Notes: generated by a model from the letters alone, not told the origin. Shown: positions 27,715 through 38,836, numbered from the stretch's first letter. The stretch: 64,000 nt of DNA from an uncultured Clostridia bacterium (GCA_947625735.1 CANQPL010000006.1:38844-102843), one strand, 5' to 3'. Numbers and translations: made by a program.

Positions 27715-27727
27715 TTATTTATAAGGG

Positions 27728-28585
27728 GTGAACGCTTTGTACATATATGCAGATATACTTGTGATAACAAATATATATGTTGATTTTCTGCTGATAAAAT
27801 CCGCACAGATAATGACCCACAGTCCGCTCAGAACGGGAAAAGCCTGTCTGGGAGCGGTGTTCGGAGGACTAAGCGCCCTTACGATCTTTATACCGAAAAT
27901 GTCCGCTGCCGCCATGATCGCAGTAAAGACCCTGACAGCGGCAGCGGTAATATATCTTGCTTTCGGATACGAAAGCAGACGGCTTTACTTTAAAAGGCTT
28001 TTTATTTTCTGGCTCATGAGCTTCATTTTTGCGGGAGTGGGGACAGCGGCTTCGGGAATGTTCGGAGGAAAAATGTTTATGTCCCGCAATGGGGTAATCT
28101 ATGCGGATTTTTCGGCGGCGGCACTTGTGATAACATCTATTGCCGCATATGCCTGCATTGCGGTGTATAAAAGCCTTTCAGACTGCTCTGAGGAGGGAGC
28201 GGCATATACCGTAACCGTTTCGGATAACGGAAAGGTCGTCAGCTTCAGGGCGATCGCTGACACGGGCAATACTCTGAAAGACGGTTTTACTGGCAAGCCT
28301 GTCATAGTATGCGGACGATCCGTTATGAGTGAGCTTTACGGAACTATTCCCGACAGCGGGCATTTTGCCGAGGACTACTCTCCGACAGGTAAAACTCCCG
28401 ATGTAAAATGGCGGCTGATACCCTATCATACCGCCTCGGGCAGCGGACTTATCCCCATAGTCTGTCCCCGTGATATATGTATAAAAAATGATGAAACAGG
28501 TGAGATCTTTTCTGCGGACGCCTGTCTGGGTGCTGCGTCTTTTGAAAATGATCCCGCTCTGCTTCATCCGAAAATATTATTATAG
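27728..28585 (+). CDS. spoIIGA: Sigma-E processing peptidase SpoIIGA
   Basis: [16 protein letters not shown], multi-TM N-terminus, catalytic DTGN motif, directly upstream of sigE. Confidence 0.85.
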   Translation: MNALYIYADILVITNIYVDFLLIKSAQIMTHSPLRTGKACLGAVFGGLSALTIFIPKMSAAAMIAVKTLTAAAVIYLAFGYESRRLYFKRLFIFWLMSFIFAGVGTAASGMFGGKMFMSRNGVIYADFSAAALVITSIAAYACIAVYKSLSDCSEEGAAYTVTVSDNGKVVSFRAIADTGNTLKDGFTGKPVIVCGRSVMSELYGTIPDSGHFAEDYSPTGKTPDVKWRLIPYHTASGSGLIPIVCPRDICIKNDETGEIFSADACLGAASFENDPALLHPKILL

Positions 28586-28601
28586 AAAGGTTTTGATCCA
28601 A

Positions 28602-29321
28602 TTGATCGCAGTGGAGAACGCTTTTGAAAAAATAAAAAAATTTATATCGGGACTTATCGGAAAAGAGGGGAGCGTATTTTATATCAACGGTCCCGAAACA
28701 CTTCCTCCCCCGCTTACAAAAGCTGAGGAGGAGGAGGCATTTTCACTTTTGCTTACCGATAAGACAAAGGGGAGGGAGCAGCTTATTGTTCATAATCTCA
28801 GGCTGGTGGTTTACATTGCAAAAAAGTTTGAATCTACGGGAATATGTGTTGAGGATCTTGTTTCTATCGGCACAATAGGGCTTATTAAAGCGGTGAACAC
28901 CTTTTCTCCCGAAAAAAATATAAAGCTCGCTACCTATGCGTCACGGTGCATAGAAAATGAGATACTTATGTTTCTTAGAAAAAGCGCCCAGCATAAGAAC
29001 GACATTTCCATAGATGAACCTCTGAACATCGACTGGGACGGAAATGAGCTTCTGCTGTCCGACATTCTGGGTACCGATGACGATACCGTGAACAGCAGCA
29101 TCGAGGACGATGCGGAAAAAACAGTACTTATGGATACAGTGAGAAAGCTCCCCGAAAGGGAGCGGATCATTATGGAAATGCGCTTCGGTCTGAAAACAGG
29201 ACGTGAAATGACCCAAAAGGAGGTTGCCGATGTGATAGGCATTTCCCAGTCCTACATATCCCGCCTTGAAAAGAAGATCATCAAGAAGCTGAAAAAGGAG
29301 CTTGACCGTCAGATGCTTTAG
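28602..29321 (+). CDS. sigE: RNA polymerase sporulation sigma factor E (start approximate)
   Basis: [64 protein letters not shown]. Confidence 0.9.
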   Translation: MIAVENAFEKIKKFISGLIGKEGSVFYINGPETLPPPLTKAEEEEAFSLLLTDKTKGREQLIVHNLRLVVYIAKKFESTGICVEDLVSIGTIGLIKAVNTFSPEKNIKLATYASRCIENEILMFLRKSAQHKNDISIDEPLNIDWDGNELLLSDILGTDDDTVNSSIEDDAEKTVLMDTVRKLPERERIIMEMRFGLKTGREMTQKEVADVIGISQSYISRLEKKIIKKLKKELDRQML

Positions 29322-29326
29322 TGAGG

Positions 29327-29935
29327 TCACCTGTCGTTTTTCTGAGGACGTTTTTTCCCGAAATAGGTGGGTCTGAACCAATTAACATAAACATATTCTA
29401 TAAGCCTTATAGTATAGTCATAGAGAAAAAATGCAAGATTGATAAAGACTAACACCCCTGCCACAGCATACTTTCCCATAAAGGAAAAATCACTGAAAAA
29501 GTCATATGTCCCCATAATAAAGATCATCAGCTTATACCACAGGATCATAGTGCCGTTGAAGATCGCCAGTTTAAAAAGGAGCTTTAACGGCATGAATTTT
29601 ATCCTTTCAAGCTGTGAAAGAATTATGGGATAGTATCCGAAAAAGATGATGAAAAGCGTTGCCGCCTCTTTATCGGGAGTCAGAAACAGCGACAGCACAG
29701 ACACTGCACAGTAGGTGGCAAATGCCCAGCTTGTGCTGACCTCATGGGCAATAACTATCATCAGCGCACCCGCATAGATAGGGATCGTCATACTCAGGAC
29801 AGGGAATACTCCCGTCATGAACATCAGCGTCAGACAAAGGGCGCTTATAACGCCGCCCACCGCTACCTTATAGCTTGTTTTTTTATGCATTGAAAAGACC
29901 CTTTCATGATGCTTGCTGCTTTTTTCATTTAACAT
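29327..29935 (-). CDS. Conserved hypothetical membrane protein
   Basis: Several hydrophobic helices; KVAVGGVISAL start; PDKEA motif. Confidence 0.65.
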   Translation of the reverse strand: MLNEKSSKHHERVFSMHKKTSYKVAVGGVISALCLTLMFMTGVFPVLSMTIPIYAGALMIVIAHEVSTSWAFATYCAVSVLSLFLTPDKEAATLFIIFFGYYPIILSQLERIKFMPLKLLFKLAIFNGTMILWYKLMIFIMGTYDFFSDFSFMGKYAVAGVLVFINLAFFLYDYTIRLIEYVYVNWFRPTYFGKKRPQKNDR

Positions 29936-30365
29936 GATAACTCAGCTTCATACTCTGAGCATCATTCTTGGTAAATCCAAATTTTTCATAAAAGGGTATA
30001 ACATCGGGCATGGCGGAAAGCTCAACATATACATCGGTATCTCCCATGCTGTTGTTTTTGATATATTTCAGGCATTCGCCTATAATGATGCTGCCCATTC
30101 CGTGACGGCGGTATTCGGGTCTTACAACAACGTCCCTGATATAATAGCACATTCCCAGATCGCCGATCATTCTTCCCATTGCTATGATCTTGTCGTTATC
30201 GTACATTGACACTCTGAACAGTGTATTTTTAAAAGCAAGTCTGACCTGTTCCTCAGAGGGAGCCTGATCCCATGCGGTTTTCCACAGCTCAATAAATTGT
30301 CTGGGTGAGAATGTATTGTATTTTATTGACAATCTGTTAATGTGAATGACCTTTCTTTCCTTCAT
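29925..30365 (-). CDS. GNAT family N-acetyltransferase
   Basis: DVVVRPEYRRHGMGS motif A; FYEKFGF. Confidence 0.9.
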   Translation of the reverse strand: MKERKVIHINRLSIKYNTFSPRQFIELWKTAWDQAPSEEQVRLAFKNTLFRVSMYDNDKIIAMGRMIGDLGMCYYIRDVVVRPEYRRHGMGSIIIGECLKYIKNNSMGDTDVYVELSAMPDVIPFYEKFGFTKNDAQSMKLSYHVK

Positions 30366-31768
30366 TACTGCCCACTGTCCTTTCTGAGATAATCAAATGC
30401 CTGTCGTATATTGGAAACGGCAATTATTCCTATTTTATATTTTTTTGGGTCTATCTGTCTGAGAGACATTTTCGGGATAATGCACTTTTCAAAGCCCAGT
30501 CTCTGCGCCTCGGTAATTCTTTGTGAAATATTTGAAATGCTTCTTACCTCGCCGCCCAGTCCTATTTCACCGAAAGAAACCAGCTTTTCTCCGATGGGCA
30601 TATCCATAAGACTGCTGTAAAGGGCAAGTGCTGCGGGCAGATCGGCGGCAGGCTCGTCAAGACGAAATCCGCCCACAATGTTCACATATACGTCAAGAGT
30701 TCCGTAAAAAAGTCCTGCACGTTTTTCAAGAACTGCAATTATAATGGCAAGACGGGAAAAATCAAATCCCGTAGACATTCTTCTGGGAGCGGCATAGCTG
30801 CTTTTTGTCACAAGAGCCTGAACCTCTGCAAGTATGGGACGTGTACCCTCCATAACGCAGCCCACACAGCTTCCCGACACACCTGCAGGTCTTCCCGAAA
30901 GGAACATCTGAGAGGGATTTTCTACCTGACTGAGTCCCTTATCCTGCATTTCAAAAACGCCTATTTCATTTGTGGAGCCGTAACGGTTTTTTACTGCCCG
31001 CAAAAGTCTGTAGCTCTGATGACGTTCTCCCTCAAAAAAGAGAACCGCATCAACGATATGCTCCATGACCTTTGGTCCTGCAATAGCGCCGTCCTTGTTC
31101 ACATGACCCACAAGGAAAAGAGGGATCTCCATATCCTTTGCAAGATGCATGAACATATTTGTACATTCTCTTACCTGAGTAACACTGCCCGAGGCGGAGT
31201 TGATGTCACGTATATTCATGGTCTGGATAGAGTCGATAATGACTATATCGGGCTTTGATGCCATTACTGTAGTGCAGACCGATTCCGCATCTGTAAGGCT
31301 CAGAAGATAGAGATTAGGTGTTGTAACACCCAGCCTGTCCGCACGGAGTTTTATCTGCCTTACGCTCTCCTCTCCCGAAACGTAGAGTATTCTGTGTTCC
31401 TTGCCCAGAAAGCTGCAAATTTGCAGGAGAAGCGTTGATTTTCCGATACCGGGTTCGCCGCCCAGCAGCACAAGAGAGCCTTTCACAAGACCGCCGCCCA
31501 GCACACGGTCAAGCTCGCCCATTCCCGTGGAATATCTGACCTCCTCCTCTGTGTCTATCTGTGAAAGAGTTCTTATTTTTTCACTGCTGTCCGTTCCGCT
31601 CAGTACAGAGGGCGCGGACCTTTGAAATGAGCTTTTTTTGGGAGTGCTTTCTACTGTTTCCTCCTCAAAGGTGTTCCATTCTCCGCAGGAGGGGCATTTT
31701 CCGTTCCATTTGGGTGATTCGTACCCGCAGGAGCTGCATATATAGACAGACTTTGATTTTCCTGCCAT
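30365..31768 (-). CDS. radA: DNA repair protein RadA/Sms
   Basis: CSSCG...CPSC zinc finger, GEPGIGKST, KNRYG, EIGLGGEVR; start at ATG 31768. Confidence 0.95.
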   Translation of the reverse strand: MAGKSKSVYICSSCGYESPKWNGKCPSCGEWNTFEEETVESTPKKSSFQRSAPSVLSGTDSSEKIRTLSQIDTEEEVRYSTGMGELDRVLGGGLVKGSLVLLGGEPGIGKSTLLLQICSFLGKEHRILYVSGEESVRQIKLRADRLGVTTPNLYLLSLTDAESVCTTVMASKPDIVIIDSIQTMNIRDINSASGSVTQVRECTNMFMHLAKDMEIPLFLVGHVNKDGAIAGPKVMEHIVDAVLFFEGERHQSYRLLRAVKNRYGSTNEIGVFEMQDKGLSQVENPSQMFLSGRPAGVSGSCVGCVMEGTRPILAEVQALVTKSSYAAPRRMSTGFDFSRLAIIIAVLEKRAGLFYGTLDVYVNIVGGFRLDEPAADLPAALALYSSLMDMPIGEKLVSFGEIGLGGEVRSISNISQRITEAQRLGFEKCIIPKMSLRQIDPKKYKIGIIAVSNIRQAFDYLRKDSGQ

Positions 31769-31782
31769 TATTATAATTCCTT

Positions 31783-32421
31783 TCAACCCGAAAACAGGGG
31801 AGCAAATGTATATAGAATAAAAAGTACGGCAAGGAACAGTGTCACTGCCGATATGACCCTTTTGGGAATATTTACCTTTTTCTGCGTGCATCCCTCATAA
31901 TAGATACGCTCATACAGCTCCTTGAATTTTCTGTTATCGGGTTCTAAAATATGCGCCCGCTCCGCAAACCGCAGCGCATCAGAGAAATAACCGCTTTCGT
32001 AATAAACCAGAGCAGTGTAGTAAAACCATCTGCCGTTTCTTTCGTTTAAATTGTCAAGGATATCTGCTGCCCTGCTGTAATTACCGAGCATGATACATCT
32101 CTCGATCTCCTTATACGGATCCTGAGAGTATCTGAAAAAGCCGCCGTCTGCATTTTCGTGAGCTTTGAATTCATAGTAAAATGCAGTCCCGCCGCTGTAA
32201 AAGCTGCCATGTTCTGCCGTTTCCTTATCTGTCCTGATATGCTCACGGCTGCCCGAGCGTATAAGCTCATAGGCTTCGTTTATTTCACTCATTCTGCAGG
32301 CGGCATCAGCATCATCGGGATTCAGATCGGGATGATACTGCCTGACAAGAGTACGGTATTTTTTCTTTATCTCCTCGTCTGTGGCATCGGGAGAAAGCCC
32401 CATGACCGTGTAAGGATCCAT
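31783..32421 (-). CDS. J-domain protein with TPR and C-terminal membrane anchor
   Basis: DPYTVMGL...YHPDLNP (HPD motif); TPR-like RWFYYTALVY; hydrophobic C-terminus. Confidence 0.8.
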   Translation of the reverse strand: MDPYTVMGLSPDATDEEIKKKYRTLVRQYHPDLNPDDADAACRMSEINEAYELIRSGSREHIRTDKETAEHGSFYSGGTAFYYEFKAHENADGGFFRYSQDPYKEIERCIMLGNYSRAADILDNLNERNGRWFYYTALVYYESGYFSDALRFAERAHILEPDNRKFKELYERIYYEGCTQKKVNIPKRVISAVTLFLAVLFILYTFAPLFSG

Positions 32422-32448
32422 TGCGGCACCTCCAAATATGCGGTGATG

Positions 32449-32928
32449 TCAGACCGGGTCAGAGCCTGTAATTTCTTTGAAATCCAGATCGATGAGCCAT
32501 TTTCCGCCGCTGAAATCAAGGTAAAGTCCCAGATTATCAAAGCTCATCACCTTGCCGTCTGAGTAGAAATCCACATCGGCGGTACATATCCAGCTGCCCG
32601 GATCTCCGTTCATTCGGCTTTCGGTGATCTTTACCCGTGAGGAAATTATATTTCCCGTATCAAGATCGGAAAAAACGGGCATTTTTTCAAATCCCGAGCG
32701 GCATTCTTCCCTGAATGAATCGGTGTCAAAGCCGTCAAGATAGGCAGGCATTATGACCTTGCTCATATCCTTATAATTTCCCGAAGCAATAGATGCAAAA
32801 TATTTTTCCGCTGCACGCTTTTGCCCGCCTATATACCAACTTAATGCAAGTACTGCAAGCAGGATAAGAATTGTAAAAGCCGCAAAAATTTTCCCCGCAG
32901 TTTTATGTGAGGCTGTAGTTTTATTCAA
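32449..32928 (-). CDS. Hypothetical membrane-anchored protein
   Basis: One N-terminal TM helix, 159 aa, RBS AAAGGA, in operon context. Confidence 0.6.
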   Translation of the reverse strand: MNKTTASHKTAGKIFAAFTILILLAVLALSWYIGGQKRAAEKYFASIASGNYKDMSKVIMPAYLDGFDTDSFREECRSGFEKMPVFSDLDTGNIISSRVKITESRMNGDPGSWICTADVDFYSDGKVMSFDNLGLYLDFSGGKWLIDLDFKEITGSDPV

Positions 32929-33088
32929 TGTCGTTCATTCCTTTTGAAAATAAGGGCAGGATAGGAGTTTTTTTATGCTCCATGCCCTGTCTTTAACGCT
33001 CCCTGCCCCATGGATAAACAGGTTATTCATGGGGTCAGGTGCGTCAGAAACGGACATAAGCTGCTCATGTCACGTTTTTAGAGAATTT

Positions 33089-34762
33089 TTATTCGTTTTT
33101 CAGGACTGCACCCTGAGAGCCTGAGGTAACAAGAGCCGCATATCTTTTAAGGTAGCCTTTAAGCTCCTTTTTCTTTGGTGTAAACTCCGCAAGTCTGCGC
33201 TCCAGTTCTTCATCGCTGATATCAAGAGTAAGGCTGTAGTTCGGGATATCCACCGTTATCATGTCGCCGTCCTGTACCACGCCTATAACGCCGCCTACTG
33301 CTGCTTCGGGAGATACATGACCTATAGCTGCACCTCTTGAAGCACCCGAGAAGCGTCCGTCCGTGATAAGTGCAACATCACTTCCAAGTCCCATACCCAT
33401 TATTGCAGAGGTGGGGTTGAGCATTTCTCTCATGCCCGGACCGCCTTTAGGACCCTCGTAGCGGATAACCACAACATCACCCTTGACTATTTTACCGCCA
33501 AGGATAGCCGCCTGTGCGTCCTCCTCGCAGTCAAATACTCTTGCAGGACCTGTGTGCTTTAACATTTCGGGAGCAACGGCACTGCGTTTTACTACACAGC
33601 CGTCTTTTGCAAGGTTGCCTCTGAGTACCGCAATACCGCCTGTTTCACTGTACGGATCATCTATGGGACGGATTATATTTGTATCCTTATTTACACAGTT
33701 TTTGATGTTTTCAGCCACGGTCTTTCCTGTAACGGTAATAAGATCTGTAGCAAGAAGTCCTTTCTTGTCAAGCTCATTCATTACCGCATAAACGCCGCCT
33801 GCTTCGTTGAGCTCCTCAATATATGCATGACCTGCGGGAGCAAGATGACAAAGATTAGGCGTTTTTGCGCTTATCTCGTTTGCAATGTCAAGATTTATCT
33901 CAATGCCGCACTCATGTGCAATAGCGGGAAGATGGAGCATACTGTTTGTTGAGCAGCCGAGAGCCATGTCAACGGTAAGAGCATTCATGAAAGCCTTTTC
34001 CGTCATTATATCCAGAGGACGGATATTTTTCCTGTAAAGCTCCATTACCTGCATACCCGCTTCCTTTGCAAGGCGTATCCTTTCGGAATAAACAGCGGGA
34101 ATAGTACCGTTGCCCCGAAGTCCCATTCCGAGTGCTTCGGTAAGGCAGTTCATGGAGTTTGCGGTGTACATACCCGAACAGCTGCCGCAGGTGGGGCAGG
34201 CTTTGTTTTCATATTCTTCAAATTCCTGTTCGTCTATTCTTCCCGCAGTGTAAGCGCCTACCGCTTCAAACATACTGGAAAGGGAGGTTTTGCTGCCCTT
34301 TACGTGACCCGCAAGCATAGGACCTCCCGACACAAAAATGGTGGGAACATTTACTCTTGCCGCAGCCATAAGAAGTCCCGGCACATTCTTGTCACAGTTG
34401 GGAATCATGACAAGTGCGTCAAAATGATGAGCAAGCGCCATACATTCGGTAGAATCGGCGATAAGGTCACGGGTAACAAGCGAATACTTCATGCCCTCAT
34501 GACCCATTGCGATACCGTCACAAACGGCAATTGCAGGAAACATAACGGGCGTTCCTCCCGCCATTGCAACTCCCAGCTTTACCGCTTCTGCTATCTTATC
34601 AATGTTCATGTGACCCGGTACTATCTCGTTATAGGAGGATACGATACCCACCAGAGGACGCTTCATCTCCTCCTTTGTCATTCCCAGAGCGTTAAACAGA
34701 GAACGCTGTGGTGCCTTATCCGCTCCATCACAGAAAAAATTAGGACATTCATTGCAAGACAT
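33089..34762 (-). CDS. ilvD: Dihydroxy-acid dehydratase
   Basis: [48 protein letters not shown]. Confidence 0.95.
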   Translation of the reverse strand: MSCNECPNFFCDGADKAPQRSLFNALGMTKEEMKRPLVGIVSSYNEIVPGHMNIDKIAEAVKLGVAMAGGTPVMFPAIAVCDGIAMGHEGMKYSLVTRDLIADSTECMALAHHFDALVMIPNCDKNVPGLLMAAARVNVPTIFVSGGPMLAGHVKGSKTSLSSMFEAVGAYTAGRIDEQEFEEYENKACPTCGSCSGMYTANSMNCLTEALGMGLRGNGTIPAVYSERIRLAKEAGMQVMELYRKNIRPLDIMTEKAFMNALTVDMALGCSTNSMLHLPAIAHECGIEINLDIANEISAKTPNLCHLAPAGHAYIEELNEAGGVYAVMNELDKKGLLATDLITVTGKTVAENIKNCVNKDTNIIRPIDDPYSETGGIAVLRGNLAKDGCVVKRSAVAPEMLKHTGPARVFDCEEDAQAAILGGKIVKGDVVVIRYEGPKGGPGMREMLNPTSAIMGMGLGSDVALITDGRFSGASRGAAIGHVSPEAAVGGVIGVVQDGDMITVDIPNYSLTLDISDEELERRLAEFTPKKKELKGYLKRYAALVTSGSQGAVLKNE

Positions 34763-34970
34763 TTTAAATTACCTCTTTCTTTTTTACTGATTTTTTCACT
34801 GTAAGTCTGTGCTGTATGGCAAATGATATGTTACGGATTTCCTTTCGGGAGCCGTTCCCGTCATTCTGCGGCAATACCGCAAAGCACAGGCGTTTATATT
34901 GGTAAAGATCATTTTCCTTTGCCCGCAAAAAAGAGAGCAGAAGAGATCTGTTATGCTCAAATGGCAGGAC

Positions 34971-35924
34971 TTATCCCGCATTGCCGAGGAATGCAGCTCC
35001 GATGATGCCTGCATCGTTACCCAGTCCTGCAACCGTAATGACCGTATTTTTATCTATCATTCTTGTGTATACTTCCTTTGCCACAAGCTCCTTCATGGGT
35101 ACAAGAAGAGGATCGCCCTCATTGCAGACGCCGCCGCCGATACAGAGTATATCGGGCTGGAAAATATTGATTACATTTGTAATTCCCGCAGCAAGATACT
35201 TTATATATTTGTCTACTACTTCTTTGCCCGCAGCATCTCCCGCTCTCATGGCATTAAAGGCATGGCGTGCTGAGGAATGACCGTCCTCCTCGGCATATTT
35301 TGCCATTATAGTTTCAGGGTGTGCGGCGATCGCTTCCTTGGTCATGCGGATAAGACCCGTAGCAGAGGAGTAGACCTCAAAGCAGCCTCTTCTTCCGCAG
35401 GTGCATTCGGGACCGTCCATATCTATTACGATATGCCCCAGCTCTGCGCCTGCCATATTTGAGCCTGTGAGGATTTTTCCGTCAATGATAACTCCTGCTC
35501 CTACGCCTGTGCCGAGAGTTATGCAGACTGCGTTGTTTGCTCCCTTTGCTGCACCTGCCACATATTCGCCGTAGGCTGCCGCATTGGCGTCATTTGCAAT
35601 ATACACGGGCTTGTTGATATGCTCACGGATATATTCTCTCACGGGGACATCATGAAAATCAAGATTGTTGGAATAGGGGATAGTGCCGTTTACATTATCC
35701 GCAATGCCCGGTGTGCCGATGCCGATCCATTCCACATCATCAATTGAGATGCCTGCCTCCTCACAAGCCATGACGGATACCTTTGCCATATCGTCGCAGA
35801 TCTCCTTTGCAGGACGGGGACAGTTGGTCTTTACCGATGCCTTTGCAATTATTTCAAAATTCTCGTTTACCACACCCGCTTTTATGTTTGTGCCGCCAAG
35901 GTCGATACCGATATAATATTTCAT
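34971..35924 (-). CDS. glk: ROK-family glucokinase
   Basis: GIDLGGT, NDANAAA, TLGTGVG, ELGH, CTCGRRGC. Confidence 0.85.
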   Translation of the reverse strand: MKYYIGIDLGGTNIKAGVVNENFEIIAKASVKTNCPRPAKEICDDMAKVSVMACEEAGISIDDVEWIGIGTPGIADNVNGTIPYSNNLDFHDVPVREYIREHINKPVYIANDANAAAYGEYVAGAAKGANNAVCITLGTGVGAGVIIDGKILTGSNMAGAELGHIVIDMDGPECTCGRRGCFEVYSSATGLIRMTKEAIAAHPETIMAKYAEEDGHSSARHAFNAMRAGDAAGKEVVDKYIKYLAAGITNVINIFQPDILCIGGGVCNEGDPLLVPMKELVAKEVYTRMIDKNTVITVAGLGNDAGIIGAAFLGNAG

Positions 35925-35940
35925 TTCTTATCACTCCGTT

Positions 35941-36915
35941 TCATTCATCTATATGTGTCATGACAGCTTTGCAGCCCCCGTCAGTCGGTGTAAGCTCAAA
36001 GGCTCCCAGACCTGCGGGAACGAAAAGACTGTCGCCTTTTTTCAGTTCAATGGGTTTTGAATTCCTTGCGGAAAAGACACAGCTGCCCTCAAGGACAAGG
36101 ATACTTACAAAGGACTTTTCCGTAGCCTCCAGCCATGCTCTGTCGGTGATATCCAGCGCATGGACGGTGAAATATTCGCAGGAGGCAAGGAGCTTTTCGC
36201 TCCAGCCGTCCTTCCGGACGGGATCGCTTACGGGATACGGCTCGGCGGGACAGAGCTTTGTAACATCGCACGCCTTGTCGATGTGGAGCTGTCTCGGTTT
36301 GCCGTCAGCACCTACTCTGCCGTAATCGTAAATACGGTAGGTGGTGTTGGAATTTTGCTGTATTTCTGCAATAAGTATGCCCTTGCCTATGGCATGGAGT
36401 GTTCCTGAGCGGATAAAAAACACATCGCCCTTATGCACGGGAACGGCATTTGTTACCTCAAGCAGTGTGTTGTTTTCTATTCTTTCCTTAAATTCCTCTT
36501 TTGTGATCTCATGCTTGAACCCGTAAAGAAGCGTTGCCCCCTCATCGCAGTCCACCACATACCACATTTCGGTCTTGCCGTATTCGCCCTCAACACGCAT
36601 GGCATATTCGTTGTCGGGGTGTACCTGTACGGAAAGGTTATCCTTTGCATCAATGAGCTTGATGAGAATAGGGAAATTTTCAAATTTCTCACAATTGGTG
36701 CCGAGCACAGCTTTTCCCTGCTTTTCAATGTATTCCGCCAGTGTCAGACCCTCAAACTCTCCCTCTGCCACAACGGAATTTCCGTCCTTGTGACAGGAAA
36801 GCTCCCAGCTTTCGGCTATCTTTTCAAAATCACAGTCCTTGCCGAAATCATCTCTGAGTCTTGTTCCGCCCCAGAGATAGTCCTTGAATGCGGGTTTTAA
36901 TCTGATTGCGTCCAT
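35941..36915 (-). CDS. manA: Mannose-6-phosphate isomerase, class I
   Basis: LWGG, ESWELS, LSVQVHP, GKTEMW, GTLHAIG, EIQQNS; promoter TTGACA-17-TATCAT at 36998-36970. Confidence 0.9.
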   Translation of the reverse strand: MDAIRLKPAFKDYLWGGTRLRDDFGKDCDFEKIAESWELSCHKDGNSVVAEGEFEGLTLAEYIEKQGKAVLGTNCEKFENFPILIKLIDAKDNLSVQVHPDNEYAMRVEGEYGKTEMWYVVDCDEGATLLYGFKHEITKEEFKERIENNTLLEVTNAVPVHKGDVFFIRSGTLHAIGKGILIAEIQQNSNTTYRIYDYGRVGADGKPRQLHIDKACDVTKLCPAEPYPVSDPVRKDGWSEKLLASCEYFTVHALDITDRAWLEATEKSFVSILVLEGSCVFSARNSKPIELKKGDSLFVPAGLGAFELTPTDGGCKAVMTHIDE

Positions 36916-37081
36916 AGTCCATACTCCTTTATGAAGCCGACATTCTGCCGACAGTTTAGTCTTATAATTATGATAACACAATTTGTCCGTTTTGTCAATT
37001 ATAATTTGGCACTCAAAATGAAAAAATCCGTAAAATGCATAGGCAAAATTGTAAACAGCCCAAAACCCCCGCAGATCTTCG

Positions 37082-37352
37082 TCACCGATCCCGTGAAAAG
37101 CGCTTGTTTATCCGTGCCATTCTGATGTAATAGCTTATAATGAGTACTGCATCTGCGTCTGTCCATGCAAGGACCTCTGCCCGGAAAAGTCCCTCTGTTC
37201 CGATGAGCTTCGGCAGAAATTCCGACATATGCAGTAAGGGCAAAGCCGTAAGAAATAGCTGCAATTTCAAGGATACCGTACAGCTTATTAGCAGCAGTGT
37301 ATCCCGAAATATAAAAAACGCCGCAGCCGTTGATGACGAACTGCACGATCAA
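37082..37352 (-). pseudogene. Internally deleted and frameshifted MATE efflux transporter remnant
   Basis: LIVQFVINGCG..GYTAANKLYGILEIAAISYGFALTAYVG joined at ~37220, with a frame change, to FLPKLIGTEGLFRAEVLAWTDADAVLIISYY*; both are MATE C-half segments; no proper start. Confidence 0.7.
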
Positions 37353-37661
37353 TCTGTCTGCCGATATATAGTACGAAATCATATATAAATCAAGCAGCTT
37401 TACAAAAAATTTACAATAATTTCGCGCAGATGAAAAGTGCAGGAAAGCGCCTTGATTTTTCATATGCATTTTACAAGGCTGACAAGTTGCCGAAAGATGT
37501 TTATACTATTAAAAATGTAAAAAACATCGGATCGGACGATTTTCAAAAAGTAACAAAAGTATTACAGAGGGAAAAAATTTCAGAAAAAACTTGCAACAGC
37601 CGCAAAAATGTGTTATAATATATAACCGGTGAGTCATAAGCGAAAAAAGGAAGTGTGTTTT

Positions 37662-38171
37662 ATGAGGATACTGGGTATTGATCCCGGTTATGCAATTGTA
37701 GGATACGGGGTGCTGGAGTATGATAACTACAGCTTTTCTCCGCTGGGCTACGGAGCCATTACCACAAAGGCATATACTCCATTTCCGCTGCGTCTTATGG
37801 ATATTTATAATGATATGACCACCGTTATCACAAGGTTCAGACCGGAAGCCATGAGCATTGAAAAGCTGTTTTTTAATACGAATCAGAAAACAGGCATTGA
37901 CGTGGCACAGGCAAGAGGGGTTATCGTGCTTGCAGCCGTGCAGAGCGGAGTGCCTGTATACGAATACACGCCCTTACAGGTAAAGCAGTCGGTGGTAGGC
38001 TACGGCAGAGCCGAAAAAAAACAGGTCATGGAGATGACAAAAAGCATTCTCAGGCTTGGAAGTATGCCGAAGCCCGATGATACAGCAGACGCACTGGCAC
38101 TTGCAATATGCCACGGACACTGTGCGTCAGCCGCATATCTTAATGCCGCACAGGCGGGAGGAAAGCTATGA
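37662..38171 (+). CDS. ruvC: Crossover junction endodeoxyribonuclease
   Basis: ILGIDPG, IEKLFF, EYTP, DDTADALALA; promoter TTGCAA-17-TATAAT at 37591-37619. Confidence 0.95.
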   Translation: MRILGIDPGYAIVGYGVLEYDNYSFSPLGYGAITTKAYTPFPLRLMDIYNDMTTVITRFRPEAMSIEKLFFNTNQKTGIDVAQARGVIVLAAVQSGVPVYEYTPLQVKQSVVGYGRAEKKQVMEMTKSILRLGSMPKPDDTADALALAICHGHCASAAYLNAAQAGGKL

Positions 38172-38773
38172 TCTACAGTTTGAACGGAGAGCTTATACAT
38201 AAAGAAGCGGGTCTTGCCGTGGTGGAATGCGGCGGTGTGGGTTATTCCTGCCGTACTACATATAATACCCTTGCAAGGCTGGGCGACACAGGGAGCGGTG
38301 TCAGGCTTTTTACATATCTTCATGTCACTCAGGACGGCATAATGCTGTTTGGCTTCGGCGACAGGCAGGAGCTGGAATGCTTTAAACTGCTGCTGGGAGT
38401 TTCGGGAGTGGGTCCAAAGGCGGCGCTGTCTATACTTTCTGACATTGACCCCAATTCCTTTGCACTGGCAGTGGCTTCGGGAGATCACAAGCGGCTTACC
38501 AAATCAAAGGGTGTGGGTCCCAAAATGGCACAGAGGATAGTGCTGGAGCTTAAAGATAAGCTGAGTAAGGAACGCAGCATTATCAGAACATCTGACCTGC
38601 CTGCATATTCACCCGTTCCTGCGGGAGGGGCTGTTTCTGAAGCTGTTGATGCGCTCATGGTTCTCGGATACACAAGAGATGAGGCAGAGGGAGCAGTTTC
38701 GGGTCTTGACAGTTCTCTTACTGCCGAGGAGCTTATCCGTAAAGCACTTATGGGACTTGCAAAATTCAAGTGA
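38168..38773 (+). CDS. ruvA: Holliday junction branch migration protein
   Basis: GGVGY, LFGF, SGVGPKAAL, KGVGPKMAQRIVLEL, ALMVLGY. Confidence 0.95.
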   Translation: MIYSLNGELIHKEAGLAVVECGGVGYSCRTTYNTLARLGDTGSGVRLFTYLHVTQDGIMLFGFGDRQELECFKLLLGVSGVGPKAALSILSDIDPNSFALAVASGDHKRLTKSKGVGPKMAQRIVLELKDKLSKERSIIRTSDLPAYSPVPAGGAVSEAVDALMVLGYTRDEAEGAVSGLDSSLTAEELIRKALMGLAKFK

Positions 38774-38836
38774 CCTGCTCTGCGGTAAATGCATATCATA
38801 CCGTGACAGGCTTTTTCTGAAAGGAATGATCGGACC

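Noticed and set aside
34763-34970. T-box, ppGpp or c-di-GMP-I riboswitch upstream of ilvD
   Set aside because: No T-box UGGN antiterminator or ykkC consensus; c-di-GMP-like words are on the wrong strand and incomplete. Kept only as an unassigned structure.
36999-37469. 156-aa intact protein from the ORF track
   Set aside because: Chimeric reading of a MATE fragment plus non-coding sequence; no RBS; treated as pseudogene.
37575-37589. CodY-like box upstream of ruvC
   Set aside because: Three mismatches in A-rich sequence and no biological rationale.
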